In this document: positions 52,017 to 61,159 of the stretch, piece by piece
Layout of the letters: every line of letters starts with the position of its first letter
Position numbering within the stretch: the first letter of the stretch is position 1
Assembly (NCBI GenBank): GCA_963717465.1
Contig: OY970340.1
Span: forward strand, 2,496,001-2,560,000
Direction: 5' to 3'
DNA length: 64,000 nt
From: Candidatus Bathyarchaeota archaeon
GTDB lineage: Archaea > Thermoproteota > Bathyarchaeia > Bathyarchaeales > Bathycorpusculaceae
Made by a program: the position numbers and the translations under genes
Notes under the pieces: generated by a model
Told to the model about the DNA's origin: nothing
The model's database searches: none
What the model saw: the letters and a program-made list of their open reading frames with translations, nothing else

Positions 52017-52988
52017 TTATACGTAAGCGGTCTTATCTACAGCAAAAACCCAAATGAACAGAAACGAAAGTTCAGGCGGCAAGCTCAGGGCAGCAAGACC
52101 CAGCAGCAATAATAAAAATCGTGAGATAAAGAAGGGTGAAGCGAAAAAGTAGGTTGTGTAAGCTTTTCTTGTTAAATTGTAAAAGTTTTGTTGGTCGTAT
52201 TCTAACTTATCTAAGCCGATAAGCAAGGCTTGTGCTCCAATCGAGCAAGAAGTGAAAAGCAAGAACAAATATGGATTAATGTTAAAGAAGTAAATGCTAA
52301 ACAACAACAAGGCGGAGCCTAGCGCCAAAGAAATATGTTTTAGGATTAACGCGTTTTTCACACCTAATCTAACGGCTAAAGTTTGGCAATTGTAAGCTAA
52401 GTCATCTTTGTAGTCAACGACTGTATGATAGATTTCAAAACTGCAAAAGCAAAAAAACATTCCTACAAGCAAGGTGATTGTCAGAAGAGTAAAACAGTTA
52501 AATTCTGTTAACAAAATTAAGGGTCCGCCAACCCAAAGAACAAACGACGCCACTAACGGCGCTAAATATGTTTCCTTAAATCTAACCCTAAGACCACTGT
52601 AAGCTAACCAAATTAATATGTAAACGTTTGACAGCAGTATTGCAGCTAACGATTTAAAAAGAAGCAGAAAAAGAACTAGAGATATTGCGCAGAAAACAGC
52701 TGTGAGGTAAGCTGCGAGGCTTTTTGGTAATTCCTTACTTGTGATCGTGTTTTTCCATTCTGGGTCTTTTGAAGAATCACATATTGTATTAAACATGAAG
52801 CCTCCAGCCATAGCCATTACGAATGGGGCTAGCAAAAGAAATGCTGATGGCGAACTTATCGAGCCTTGGCTGTATAAAATGCAGAAGAAGGGAAAAAAAT
52901 TAAAGAGGTAACTAAAATACGGAAAAATCCTTACGGATCTGCGCAGAACATCCACAAACTTTGTGATTCGACTTAATTTAAAAGACAT
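52017..52988 (-). CDS. UbiA-family prenyltransferase
   Basis: NTICD...D, AYS...RFK, DYKDD....QTLAVRLG; multi-TM. Confidence 0.8.
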   Translation of the reverse strand: MSFKLSRITKFVDVLRRSVRIFPYFSYLFNFFPFFCILYSQGSISSPSAFLLLAPFVMAMAGGFMFNTICDSSKDPEWKNTITSKELPKSLAAYLTAVFCAISLVLFLLLFKSLAAILLSNVYILIWLAYSGLRVRFKETYLAPLVASFVLWVGGPLILLTEFNCFTLLTITLLVGMFFCFCSFEIYHTVVDYKDDLAYNCQTLAVRLGVKNALILKHISLALGSALLLFSIYFFNINPYLFLLFTSCSIGAQALLIGLDKLEYDQQNFYNLTRKAYTTYFFASPFFISRFLLLLLGLAALSLPPELSFLFIWVFAVDKTAYV

Positions 52989-53418
52989 GGAAAACCGACA
53001 AAAATTCTTAGAACAAAGAGACCAAATATAATATTACTTTTGGCGATATTTAGCCTTTATCTAATGTAATATCGTTTCATCCTTAAGCAAAGAGAACAGG
53101 TTTCAGCCATGATTAATGCTTGGAAGTTAAAACATAATATTTGATTATTCGCGTTGACTAGTTTTAATCCATTTTATGGAACATAGAATGTTTATCGTAG
53201 GCAGGATGTTGAACTGAATTTGACAAGTTTTCCATTATAGCTTATAATTGAGCAATAGCCATTTTTTCATAGGATGCTTAGTAGTTTCGTTTTTAAAGAG
53301 CTTATTACGTTCAAGTGCATTATAGCTAAGATGAGGACCTGTTCTTAAAATAAGAGATAGAAGAGGGAATTCACGCATCCTCTATGAGCTATGTGGTTGC
53401 TGCTCTGTAGCAAGTTGG

Positions 53419-54201
53419 TTACTTGCTGTCGTCGATTGTTCTCAGCATAAGTTCTTTACCCCAAGCCTTCATGTTCAGTTTAGTACGGGAGATGGTTCCC
53501 TCAGGTATTGATGTGACATCTGTTGGTGAACTATAGAAGGGTAATGCAGAGGGACCCCTATTTGCAAGGAGACCTAGCGCCTCGTTCATGTCATAAGGCA
53601 AAAGTGTTTTCTTTTCAGCCATTGGTTTAAAGACGACCGCTGGATTTGAAATAGCAGAAGAAGGCATTTCTTCCAGTTGACCCAATGTACCGTACTTCTT
53701 TTGAAGCTCTGTCAATGGTCCAAAGTCAAGAGCCCTTGTTGGGCATACCAAGACACAAGATGGAAACTTGCCCTCCATCAACCTATCAATGCACATATCA
53801 CACTTGTATGCCTTCGAATCTGAGGCTTCAGAATCAAAACTTATGGCACCGTAGGGGCAGGCTGACCAAGCTTCCTTAAGACACGGACTATTAGCCTTGT
53901 CAGGATCAATTAGCACTGCGCCGTAGCGTGGCTCTTTGATTAGAGCACCTTTAGCAGCTGATATACAGACTGGATTTAAACAGTGATAGCACGGCGCCCA
54001 GGCAATATGCAGCTTAACATTGGTAAAATTGCCTGTCTCCCACTGAAAGAGCCGAAGCAGCTTGACGTGTAGCGGCGTTCGCTTTGTTCCGATGCACGAA
54101 AGAACACAGTTAGCGCAGCCTATGCAACGACTCTGGTCAAAGAAGAAGCCATATTGAACACCTTGCTTTATCGGAGTTGCATTTGTTGATGACATTGTCA
54201 T
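53419..54201 (-). CDS. Fe-S subunit (DmsB / transhydroxylase-beta-like) of a Mo oxidoreductase
   Basis: CIGCANCVLSC, CYHCLNPVC, ACPYGA, KCDMC..PSCVLVCPTRALDFG. Confidence 0.9.
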   Translation of the reverse strand: MTMSSTNATPIKQGVQYGFFFDQSRCIGCANCVLSCIGTKRTPLHVKLLRLFQWETGNFTNVKLHIAWAPCYHCLNPVCISAAKGALIKEPRYGAVLIDPDKANSPCLKEAWSACPYGAISFDSEASDSKAYKCDMCIDRLMEGKFPSCVLVCPTRALDFGPLTELQKKYGTLGQLEEMPSSAISNPAVVFKPMAEKKTLLPYDMNEALGLLANRGPSALPFYSSPTDVTSIPEGTISRTKLNMKAWGKELMLRTIDDSK

Positions 54202-54214
54202 TCCACCTCCTCTC

Positions 54215-56749
54215 TTACAGTTTGCGCACTTCTACAAGCGCGTTTGTTGCTTCCTGCCCAGCAGCAGCAATCTGCAGGTTGGCATTGTTTAACACGTTGG
54301 AGCATCCACTATGGTCAACTCCGTGTGAATCGGGCGACCATTTAGAGTGAGAGTACATGAAGATCGACCCAGGGGTCTGCCTTGAGGTTACATATGCCGG
54401 TAACATTGTCGAGCCTCTATCATTATACACTTCGACTATATTACCATCCACAATGCCCCTTACCTTTGCGTCGGCCGGATTTATCCACACAGAATGCCTG
54501 TACACCATTCCTTCGAGCATGTGATTCTGCAGCCCTTTGCTCGCAGCAGTGAATCTGGCATGGCTATCCCTCATGACGAGCGGGTATTTTACAGCTTTGG
54601 GGTCACTATAGCCCTCTTCAGGAGGCTCATAAATAGCCATAGGAGAAATCTTGGCGCCTATTCCATAGAGCCCATATCCCTGAATCTTCGAAGCGTCAAA
54701 TGTTTCCAATTCAGCGTCATAGAATTCGATAAGGCCTGACTTTGTTTGGAATGATTGAATTCCCTCCATCTGCGAACTATAAGGAAGATATTGTGGATAC
54801 TTCAAATCGATGCGAATAATCGGATTAGCTTGCAATTGATCCCAAGAAGGAGGATTCGGAAGTACATCTTTGTCAACATCAACAGCCCAAGTCTCGTAGT
54901 TTTGCTTTAGTAAATTCTGCATTGCAGCATCCCATTTATCGTGAGCTACGTTCTGAAAGCCTGGAAGATATTTGGCAGCAAACTCTTCACCTACACCCAA
55001 TCTATTTGCCAGTTGCAATCTCACCCAATTAAAATCCCTTACTTCTCCTGGCGACTCAATTAAGCGTCTGTTATAGATCCAGCCACGCTCCTCAAAGAAA
55101 AAGTGCGAAGTATTCTCGAAGTCTTCGGCCATCGGCAATACAAGGTCTGCCAACTGACGCCAACCTTCCATGTGGCGGGCACCAGTTACAAAGAAATCCA
55201 GTGCTTTGACAACTTTTATCGCTTTGTTTACATCAACCATATTTGGACCCGGGTGGCGTGAACCTGCTTGCCATAACATGTGAATGTTTGGCGCTGGGTT
55301 ATCGATATTATTACCAATAGCGCGATAGTATTCTTCTTTGGTCAATTTTCCATTCTGGTAGTCGTCTCTCAATAGTATCGCATCGTACAGTCCAATTTCA
55401 GAGTGTTGCGTTGGAGCCCCAAAGTCTACCCAGCCTTCTTCTTGGATGCCGTAAGCTCCAGGTTGATCTGGAAAGGGCAAGGGGAACCATTGAGACTGAG
55501 AAAGGCCGCCTCCTCCAGAAGATCCTCCAGAGACTCCGATATTCCCAGTCATAGCTTGCAGGTAAATCGCAGCTCGAGCTGGGTTCCATCCTCTCGCTTG
55601 TCTTTGGCCACCAAGCCCAAAAAGTAAGCAAGCGGGCTTACTACTCGCATACAACCTTGCAAATGCTCTGATTGTTTCTGCTGGCACTCCACAGATTTGG
55701 GCAGCCCATTCTGGGGTTCTATCTATTGCACCATCCGGTCCAACTGTCTTTCCAAGGATATAGTCCTTCCATTTTTGGAATCCTGTTGGCTCAACGAACT
55801 TTGATACGTACTCAATATTGTATAGTTTTTCCTTGAATAGGACGTTGGCGATGGCGAGCATCATTGTTATGTCGGTGCATGGTCTTATTGGGATCCATTG
55901 GTCTGCCCAGGTTGCACCAGCGTTAGTTAGCTTTATATCGATAGCTATAATTGGAATTCCTTTTTCTTTAGCTAATGAGAGCCAAAATAACCATGATTTA
56001 GAAACCAAAGCTGTAGAACCAGCTGTAGGATCTAAGGCCCACGTTACAATTAGCTTGGAATTAAGAAGGTCGCTGTAAATGGCGCCTGATTCAAATGGGT
56101 TGCCTAACACTTCTGCGTGTGCCAACATGTTGTTTGAAGAAGAAGAACATCCCCAGCCACCGTTACAAGCAATTCCGTACATCATAAGCCAGGGTTCGTT
56201 ATGGCCAGAACAAACTCCTCCAGTCTCGACTGAGTGGTCTCCATACTTGGCTTTGCACTTCTGGATCTGATCTACCAGGATGTCGATGGCTTCGTCCCAG
56301 GTAATCCTTACAAATTTTGGATTGTTAGGATCGGCTCTAGGTCCTGTCCTTTTCATCGGGTAAAGGATTCTGGTGGGGGACTTTAATTCCCAGGGAAGAA
56401 CCCAAGTGTGTCCCCAAGGGATTCCCCGAATTCGTCCTTTCTGCAGATCCTCTACGGGAAGATAGGCGTCTTCTCTAGCTATTGTTGGGTTCACTAGATC
56501 TTCTGGTATAACACCGACTGGAACTCCATCTTTGATGACAACTTGTGCGGCGCCAGAGCCGGTACCCATGAGTATCACATAATAGGATTTAGTCTCGCCG
56601 ACATGTGCTTCGACAAGTTGTTTGATGATTGCATCGGCCCTCGCTTCTACCTCGGGTGAGAGAGGTGGCACGTATGAGAGCGTCTGGGGATGGTCTGCTA
56701 CAGTCTGGGTTGCGGTCGTGGATTGTGCAATAATTTTCTTCTCAGTCAT
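54215..56749 (-). CDS. Molybdopterin oxidoreductase catalytic subunit (DMSO reductase family), no Tat signal and no FS0 cluster
   Basis: RILYPMKR..RITWDEA, ADQWIPIRP.TD, TPEWA..ICGVPAETI, ADLVLP, T.SG.IE, WINP.DA..RGI.DG..V.VYNDRG. Confidence 0.92.
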   Translation of the reverse strand: MTEKKIIAQSTTATQTVADHPQTLSYVPPLSPEVEARADAIIKQLVEAHVGETKSYYVILMGTGSGAAQVVIKDGVPVGVIPEDLVNPTIAREDAYLPVEDLQKGRIRGIPWGHTWVLPWELKSPTRILYPMKRTGPRADPNNPKFVRITWDEAIDILVDQIQKCKAKYGDHSVETGGVCSGHNEPWLMMYGIACNGGWGCSSSSNNMLAHAEVLGNPFESGAIYSDLLNSKLIVTWALDPTAGSTALVSKSWLFWLSLAKEKGIPIIAIDIKLTNAGATWADQWIPIRPCTDITMMLAIANVLFKEKLYNIEYVSKFVEPTGFQKWKDYILGKTVGPDGAIDRTPEWAAQICGVPAETIRAFARLYASSKPACLLFGLGGQRQARGWNPARAAIYLQAMTGNIGVSGGSSGGGGLSQSQWFPLPFPDQPGAYGIQEEGWVDFGAPTQHSEIGLYDAILLRDDYQNGKLTKEEYYRAIGNNIDNPAPNIHMLWQAGSRHPGPNMVDVNKAIKVVKALDFFVTGARHMEGWRQLADLVLPMAEDFENTSHFFFEERGWIYNRRLIESPGEVRDFNWVRLQLANRLGVGEEFAAKYLPGFQNVAHDKWDAAMQNLLKQNYETWAVDVDKDVLPNPPSWDQLQANPIIRIDLKYPQYLPYSSQMEGIQSFQTKSGLIEFYDAELETFDASKIQGYGLYGIGAKISPMAIYEPPEEGYSDPKAVKYPLVMRDSHARFTAASKGLQNHMLEGMVYRHSVWINPADAKVRGIVDGNIVEVYNDRGSTMLPAYVTSRQTPGSIFMYSHSKWSPDSHGVDHSGCSNVLNNANLQIAAAGQEATNALVEVRKL

Positions 56750-56762
56750 TATGACCCTCTTT

Positions 56763-57830
56763 TTACTTGAATTGGGATTTTATAGGAGGCATATTGACAG
56801 TCGTCACGATGCCAGGCGGTGCTTCAACCACGTTTGGAATGGCATTTACGCAAATGTTAGCATTGTAACCTGGAGAGACAACTGCATAGTTTTCCTTGGC
56901 AAAGCGAATGTCAATATCCAGTGGTGCATCACCTTCAACTACAACATGCCAGCCCGAATCAAAGTCACGGAACTTTAATGCTGGTTCAAGATCCCTTGTT
57001 ATGTACCAAGTAGGACGGAAGGTTATCAGAGGTTTCCCATTACGCATGCCATTGATTTCAAATCGCCATGCTCCCACTGTGCCAGCCTGAATTGTAGAAA
57101 CTCCGATTTTAACTGTTTTAACTGCAGCTGATACTGTTCCAGCTGATTTTATTTCATCAATGGGTACTGAGAATGCCTTTGCTAATTGCCGAAAAGATTG
57201 ACCAAATTGATAACTGAGGCTCTCGGCAACGCCGCTCAGATCCATGGTTTTGGGATCACTGCCAAACATCATATCCATCAGTTCTGGTGATGCACGAGTT
57301 GTCATGTCAGCAAACTCTTCAATTAGCAAGTGATCAAGCCTACGTTCCATAGTGATAATAGCAAGCGGGAAGACCTCTGTAATAAAACCGGGACTTGCAC
57401 CAGTGGCGTAGAGTGATGTTTTGCCACGAGCACAAGCATCCTCAATCTGGCGTCGTATATCCTGATCTATGCTTTCTGGGTCATGGTAATCTGTGTAAGT
57501 TGTGACGATATTTATTCCAGATTCTAAGAGCCGGCACATCTCATCAAGATCGGCCCCTCCGGTCATTGGCATGTATGAAACGCAATCAGGCTTGGCGGCG
57601 ATAATATCTTCAATGTTTCGGGTTGCGGTGATTCCTGTTGGTTCAACACCGCACAGTTCACCTGCATCACGTCCCTCCTTTTCCTCTGAGTACACATATA
57701 CGCCGACTAAGTCGTATTGCGGATGTTCAATTATGTATTTTAATGCGCGCATCCCTGTATGACCTGTTCCCCATTGTGCAACACGATAGCGAGTTTTGGA
57801 AATTTTTTTCATCTCAGACATAACAAACAC
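56763..57830 (-). CDS. NAD(P)-dependent dehydrogenase, DapB-like / 2,4-diaminopentanoate dehydrogenase-like family
   Basis: RVAQWGTGHTG Rossmann fold, K.GRDAGELCG, TG.SPGF, VNAIPNVV.A.PGI. Confidence 0.85.
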   Translation of the reverse strand: MFVMSEMKKISKTRYRVAQWGTGHTGMRALKYIIEHPQYDLVGVYVYSEEKEGRDAGELCGVEPTGITATRNIEDIIAAKPDCVSYMPMTGGADLDEMCRLLESGINIVTTYTDYHDPESIDQDIRRQIEDACARGKTSLYATGASPGFITEVFPLAIITMERRLDHLLIEEFADMTTRASPELMDMMFGSDPKTMDLSGVAESLSYQFGQSFRQLAKAFSVPIDEIKSAGTVSAAVKTVKIGVSTIQAGTVGAWRFEINGMRNGKPLITFRPTWYITRDLEPALKFRDFDSGWHVVVEGDAPLDIDIRFAKENYAVVSPGYNANICVNAIPNVVEAPPGIVTTVNMPPIKSQFK

Positions 57831-58010
57831 CTATTATGTTGTTATTTTTGACTACTTACTTATAAAATGTTGCACTATACGGTATATTTAAAATAATCAC
57901 ACGAGTAGACCAATTTTAGGGCTTCCATATTGGTTTTCGAAATCCGAACAAATTCTTTTAGTTTAAATATCCATTAAAGTAATGGTAAATCCTAAGTGTA
58001 CGAGTTTTCA

Positions 58011-58092
58011 AAAAGAGCTTAATTTGAGGATAAAATGTGAAAATACCTGCATTTTAACTCTAAAAGAGCCTCGGGCTAGCTTCACACTCGCG
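58011..58092 (-). repeat. Degenerate copy of the tRNA-Thr 3' end and its downstream flank (att-like scar)
   Basis: 58066-58092 matches 58850-58876 at 20/27 (first 11 exact). 58011-58033 matches 58824-58846 at 19/23. Confidence 0.6.
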
Positions 58093-58173
58093 TTTTACTC
58101 GCAAGATGCAATATGGAGTTTTCTTGTTACTCTGCAGTTAACTCGACTTTGGAAGGAAGCGTCTGCCGCGCGC

Positions 58174-58728
58174 TTATTTCCTGAGTTTCAACAGGTAACC
58201 TTTCTGCGCAGAAATATTCTCCAACATCGAATGCATGATTTTAGCTTTCTCCTTTAGCGGCATGCCTCTTGATTGATCTTTTGCCATGGTGAGAGCCTCC
58301 TGAAGTTCATCAACTTCTAATACTGTCGCTGCGATGCAGTAGTAACTCTTGGAACGTCCATCATCGAACTCCTGCAACATTTCCTCTAGAAAGTTCTCCC
58401 TCATTTTTTGATACTTCTCGAACTCTGGCAAGCCATGCTCAATAATAAAGGCAATGTTTTCTACAAGCTTTTGGTAGCAAACAAATGAGTCGCTTCTCTT
58501 GCTGAATTCTCTAAATTTTTTCCACCTAACACAAGTGTCTTTTTCATCACAAAACCCGCAAAAGCATACATGTTTCTTCTTGACAGCGCAATTATGGAAA
58601 GGGCATGCGACATTCATCCGGGATCCACTCTTGCATCCTCCACATTTGCTTTTAGTTTTTCTATGGTAAGCCGGACACAGCCTGCAAGATAAACCGCAAA
58701 TACCAACTTCAACATACTGTAAGCTCAT
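58174..58728 (-). CDS. DUF3795-domain Cys-rich protein
   Basis: CGLSCRLCP...CGGC...C...C.......CGFC...C; FDDGRSKSYYCIA. Confidence 0.8.
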   Translation of the reverse strand: MSLQYVEVGICGLSCRLCPAYHRKTKSKCGGCKSGSRMNVACPFHNCAVKKKHVCFCGFCDEKDTCVRWKKFREFSKRSDSFVCYQKLVENIAFIIEHGLPEFEKYQKMRENFLEEMLQEFDDGRSKSYYCIAATVLEVDELQEALTMAKDQSRGMPLKEKAKIMHSMLENISAQKGYLLKLRK

Positions 58729-58847
58729 TTTGACTCAGATGACTAGTTGATTCGTTGACAATAAGAATTATACCTAATTCGGAAATCGCTGAGGAAAAAA
58801 AGCTTATTTTTGACAATTTCTTAAAAATAGCTCAAATTGAGGTTAAT

Positions 58848-58924
58848 TGGAGCCTCGGGCGGGATTTGGACCCGCGACCATTACCTTACCAAGGTAACGC
58901 CCCACCGGGCTAGGCTACCGAGGC
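58848..58924 (-). tRNA. tRNA-Thr(GGT), copy 1
   Basis: GCCTCGG TA GCCT AGCCCGGTG GGGC G TTACC TTGGTAA GGTAA TGGTC GCGGG TCCAAAT CCCGC CCGAGGC T CCA. Confidence 0.92.
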
Positions 58925-59001
58925 AGCAAGGAAGGCAATTTTGTCAACTGGTTCACTCAAAGTTTATATGGTCTAAACGAGGTTATTTGGGAGTGCTGCT
59001 T

Positions 59002-59226
59002 ATGGTAGAAATTAAGGGTAGAAAGTTCACAGTGATATTGAGAGAGGAATCTGAAGGCGGCTACTCAGCGCAATGCATTGAGCTTCCAGGCGCAATTAGT
59101 GAAGGAGAAAACCGTAAAGAAGCTCTTGCTAACATTAAAGAGGCTATCGAAGGTTACTTGGAAGCTTTCCCTGAAGAAATCAATCAGCTTAAGAGGAAGA
59201 AAGAGCTGGTAGAAATAACTGTCTGA
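59002..59226 (+). CDS. hicB: HicB-family antitoxin (short form without DNA-binding domain)
   Basis: FTVIL.E..EGGYSA.C.ELPGAISEGE...EAL.NIKEAI..YLE. Real start is ATG 59002. Confidence 0.9.
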   Translation: MVEIKGRKFTVILREESEGGYSAQCIELPGAISEGENRKEALANIKEAIEGYLEAFPEEINQLKRKKELVEITV

Positions 59227-59230
59227 GAAA

Positions 59231-59440
59231 TTGCCGACAGTTTCTTGGCGAAAAGTCATCAGCGTGCTCACTAATCAGGGTTTCAAAGTTGTAGGTCAAA
59301 AAGGTAGTCATATTTTTCTGACTGATGGTAAATATAAGCTGACTGTTCCGCGGCATGACCCCATTAAGAAAGGCACGCTTTTAGCAATTATTCAGCAGGC
59401 AGGTTTAACAAGAGAGGAATTTCTTGAACTGATAAAGTAA
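59231..59440 (+). CDS. hicA: HicA-family mRNA interferase toxin
   Basis: P.VS...V...L...GF....QKGSH......VPRH..IKKGTL..I..QAGL..EEF. Confidence 0.92.
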   Translation: MPTVSWRKVISVLTNQGFKVVGQKGSHIFLTDGKYKLTVPRHDPIKKGTLLAIIQQAGLTREEFLELIK

Positions 59441-59447
59441 TTCTGTT

Positions 59448-59524
59448 TGGAGCCTCGGGCGGGATTTGGACCCGCGACCATTACCTTACCAAGGTAACGC
59501 CCCACCGGGCTAGGCTACCGAGGC
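59448..59524 (-). tRNA. tRNA-Thr(GGT), copy 2
   Basis: Identical to copy 1. Confidence 0.92.
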
Positions 59525-59680
59525 AACCTTTGTGTTTCCCGTGAAAGAACAACGATTAGCAATAAAATGCTTACGGTTCAACTTCCTGAAGAAAATAACT
59601 GATTCTGATTAATGCCTAAAAATCTAGGAAAACTTCATATTAATACGGTCATACAAAGAATACGCTCTAAAAGCAGAATT

Positions 59681-59768
59681 GCAGGGGTCTCCAAGTCTGG
59701 TCAAAGGAGTAGGGCTTAGGACCCTATCGCGCAGGCGTTCGTGGGTTCAAATCCCACCCTCTGCACCA
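59681..59768 (+). tRNA. tRNA-Leu(TAG)
   Basis: GCAGGGG...TAGGG CTTAGGA CCCTA, long variable arm, GTGGG TTCAAAT CCCAC CCTCTGC A CCA. Confidence 0.95.
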
Positions 59769-59926
59769 TATATAAATAAAACAGCCTAGGGTTCTCACTG
59801 ACGATGATTTTTTTGTTTTGCTTGTTAGAGTTAACTTGCTCTTCATCATTCAGCCCACTGTGGGCTGCACAACTTATTTTGAGTTTGTCTAATCAAGATA
59901 AGCCGTTCAGTAATGTTTGAGCGTGG

Positions 59927-60913
59927 TCATTTTTTATCTAATGCTCCCTGGCAGCTTGACCCTGCTCCGGCGGTACACGCAAAACAGTGATTATCAAAAG
60001 TTATATCGCTGTTTTCAAGTTTTGATGCATTAAATTTACTAATCGATAGAGCTGCATTATTTTTGCCTTTTATGGGCATATTTAAAGCCTGATTAAAATC
60101 GCAATCGTATAGTTTGCCGTCATAGCCAACGCTCAAAGTTGTGCGGCACATCATTTTTTCGACAGTTAACGGGTTAAAGCTATCCTCTAGCAGCTTTAGG
60201 TATTTTTCATATTCGCCGCTTGCTTTAATTTGTGCTTTAAACCTATTAATCGGTGAATTGGTAATGGTTAGAAGCCTGTTAAAAACAACGTTGTGATCTT
60301 CTTTGAGCCTTTCAGTGTAGGCAGCTTGGAGGTCAGCTTGTTTTCCAGAAAGAAAAGCGCCCAAGGGATTATAAACCAAATCTAACTTTAAATCCTCGCT
60401 TTTGCCGTATCCCAAGCTATTAAGCATCTGCAAAGCTTTGATGCTTTTTTCATAAACACCTTTTCCTCTTTGGGCTTCTACATTTTCTTTACCGTAGCAG
60501 GGCATGGAGCAAATAAGGTGTACTTTGTTTTTTGCTAGGAATTTGGGCAGGTGTTCTTTGCCTTTTAAGAAATATACTGTTAGGTTGGACCGAACCATGA
60601 TTTCTTTTACGAGCGGTTTGGCCTTTTGAATTAGGTATTCAAAATCCTGGTTAAGCTCAGGTGCACCGCCTGTTATGTCTAAAGTTAAACCTTTGTTCGT
60701 TGCTAAGAAATGCAATATGTCGTCTATTGTTTTGCGCTGCATCACTTTTTTGCCTTCAGGCGAAGCGTCAATGTGACAGTGTTTGCAAGTTTGGTTGCAG
60801 AGATTTCCCATGTTTACCTGAAGAATTGTTAGTTTGCCTCTTTGTGTCAGGATTTTTTTATCCGGTTCTTTGAAGGTTGCATTTAAGACCTTATTGAAAG
60901 ATTTCATTTCCAA
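59927..60913 (-). CDS. Radical SAM protein, ArsS-like (DUF3641)
   Basis: LQVNMGNLCNQTCKHCH, DITGGAPE, QRG.GV, LVYNP.G, YDCDFNQ, HCFACTAGAGSSCQG. Confidence 0.88.
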   Translation of the reverse strand: MEMKSFNKVLNATFKEPDKKILTQRGKLTILQVNMGNLCNQTCKHCHIDASPEGKKVMQRKTIDDILHFLATNKGLTLDITGGAPELNQDFEYLIQKAKPLVKEIMVRSNLTVYFLKGKEHLPKFLAKNKVHLICSMPCYGKENVEAQRGKGVYEKSIKALQMLNSLGYGKSEDLKLDLVYNPLGAFLSGKQADLQAAYTERLKEDHNVVFNRLLTITNSPINRFKAQIKASGEYEKYLKLLEDSFNPLTVEKMMCRTTLSVGYDGKLYDCDFNQALNMPIKGKNNAALSISKFNASKLENSDITFDNHCFACTAGAGSSCQGALDKK

Positions 60914-61159
60914 ACATTCTGCCCTCTATTGGATTACTTAATAAACAGTGGGTAAAGTTTACGGTTATAAACTTAATGTTTAACAAAAATGAAAAAAATT
61001 AGCAATTGTACGATTGACGATTGACACGATTGAGGCAGCACCCACCACTATTAATCTCCAAATTATTTCGGAACTTTCTTCCAGTCACCCTTTTAAGCCA
61101 AAGACTGTTTACGCGTTGTCGGAAGCCAGAGCATCTTGAATGTGCAACTGACACCACAA

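Larger units (their letters stand above)
58847..59525. mobile_element. Putative minimal islet: hicB-hicA between 79 bp perfect direct repeats that each contain a whole tRNA-Thr gene
   Basis: 58847-58925 is identical to 59447-59525, period 600 bp. No integrase is encoded. Confidence 0.65.

Noticed and set aside
58837..59001. N-terminal extension of HicB in the ORF track
   Set aside because: It overlaps the antisense tRNA-Thr. HicB homology starts at ATG 59002 with a GGAG SD.
59927..60913. Selenocysteine read-through in the ArsS-like protein
   Set aside because: The C-terminal motif encodes Cys (GSSCQG) and there is no in-frame TGA.
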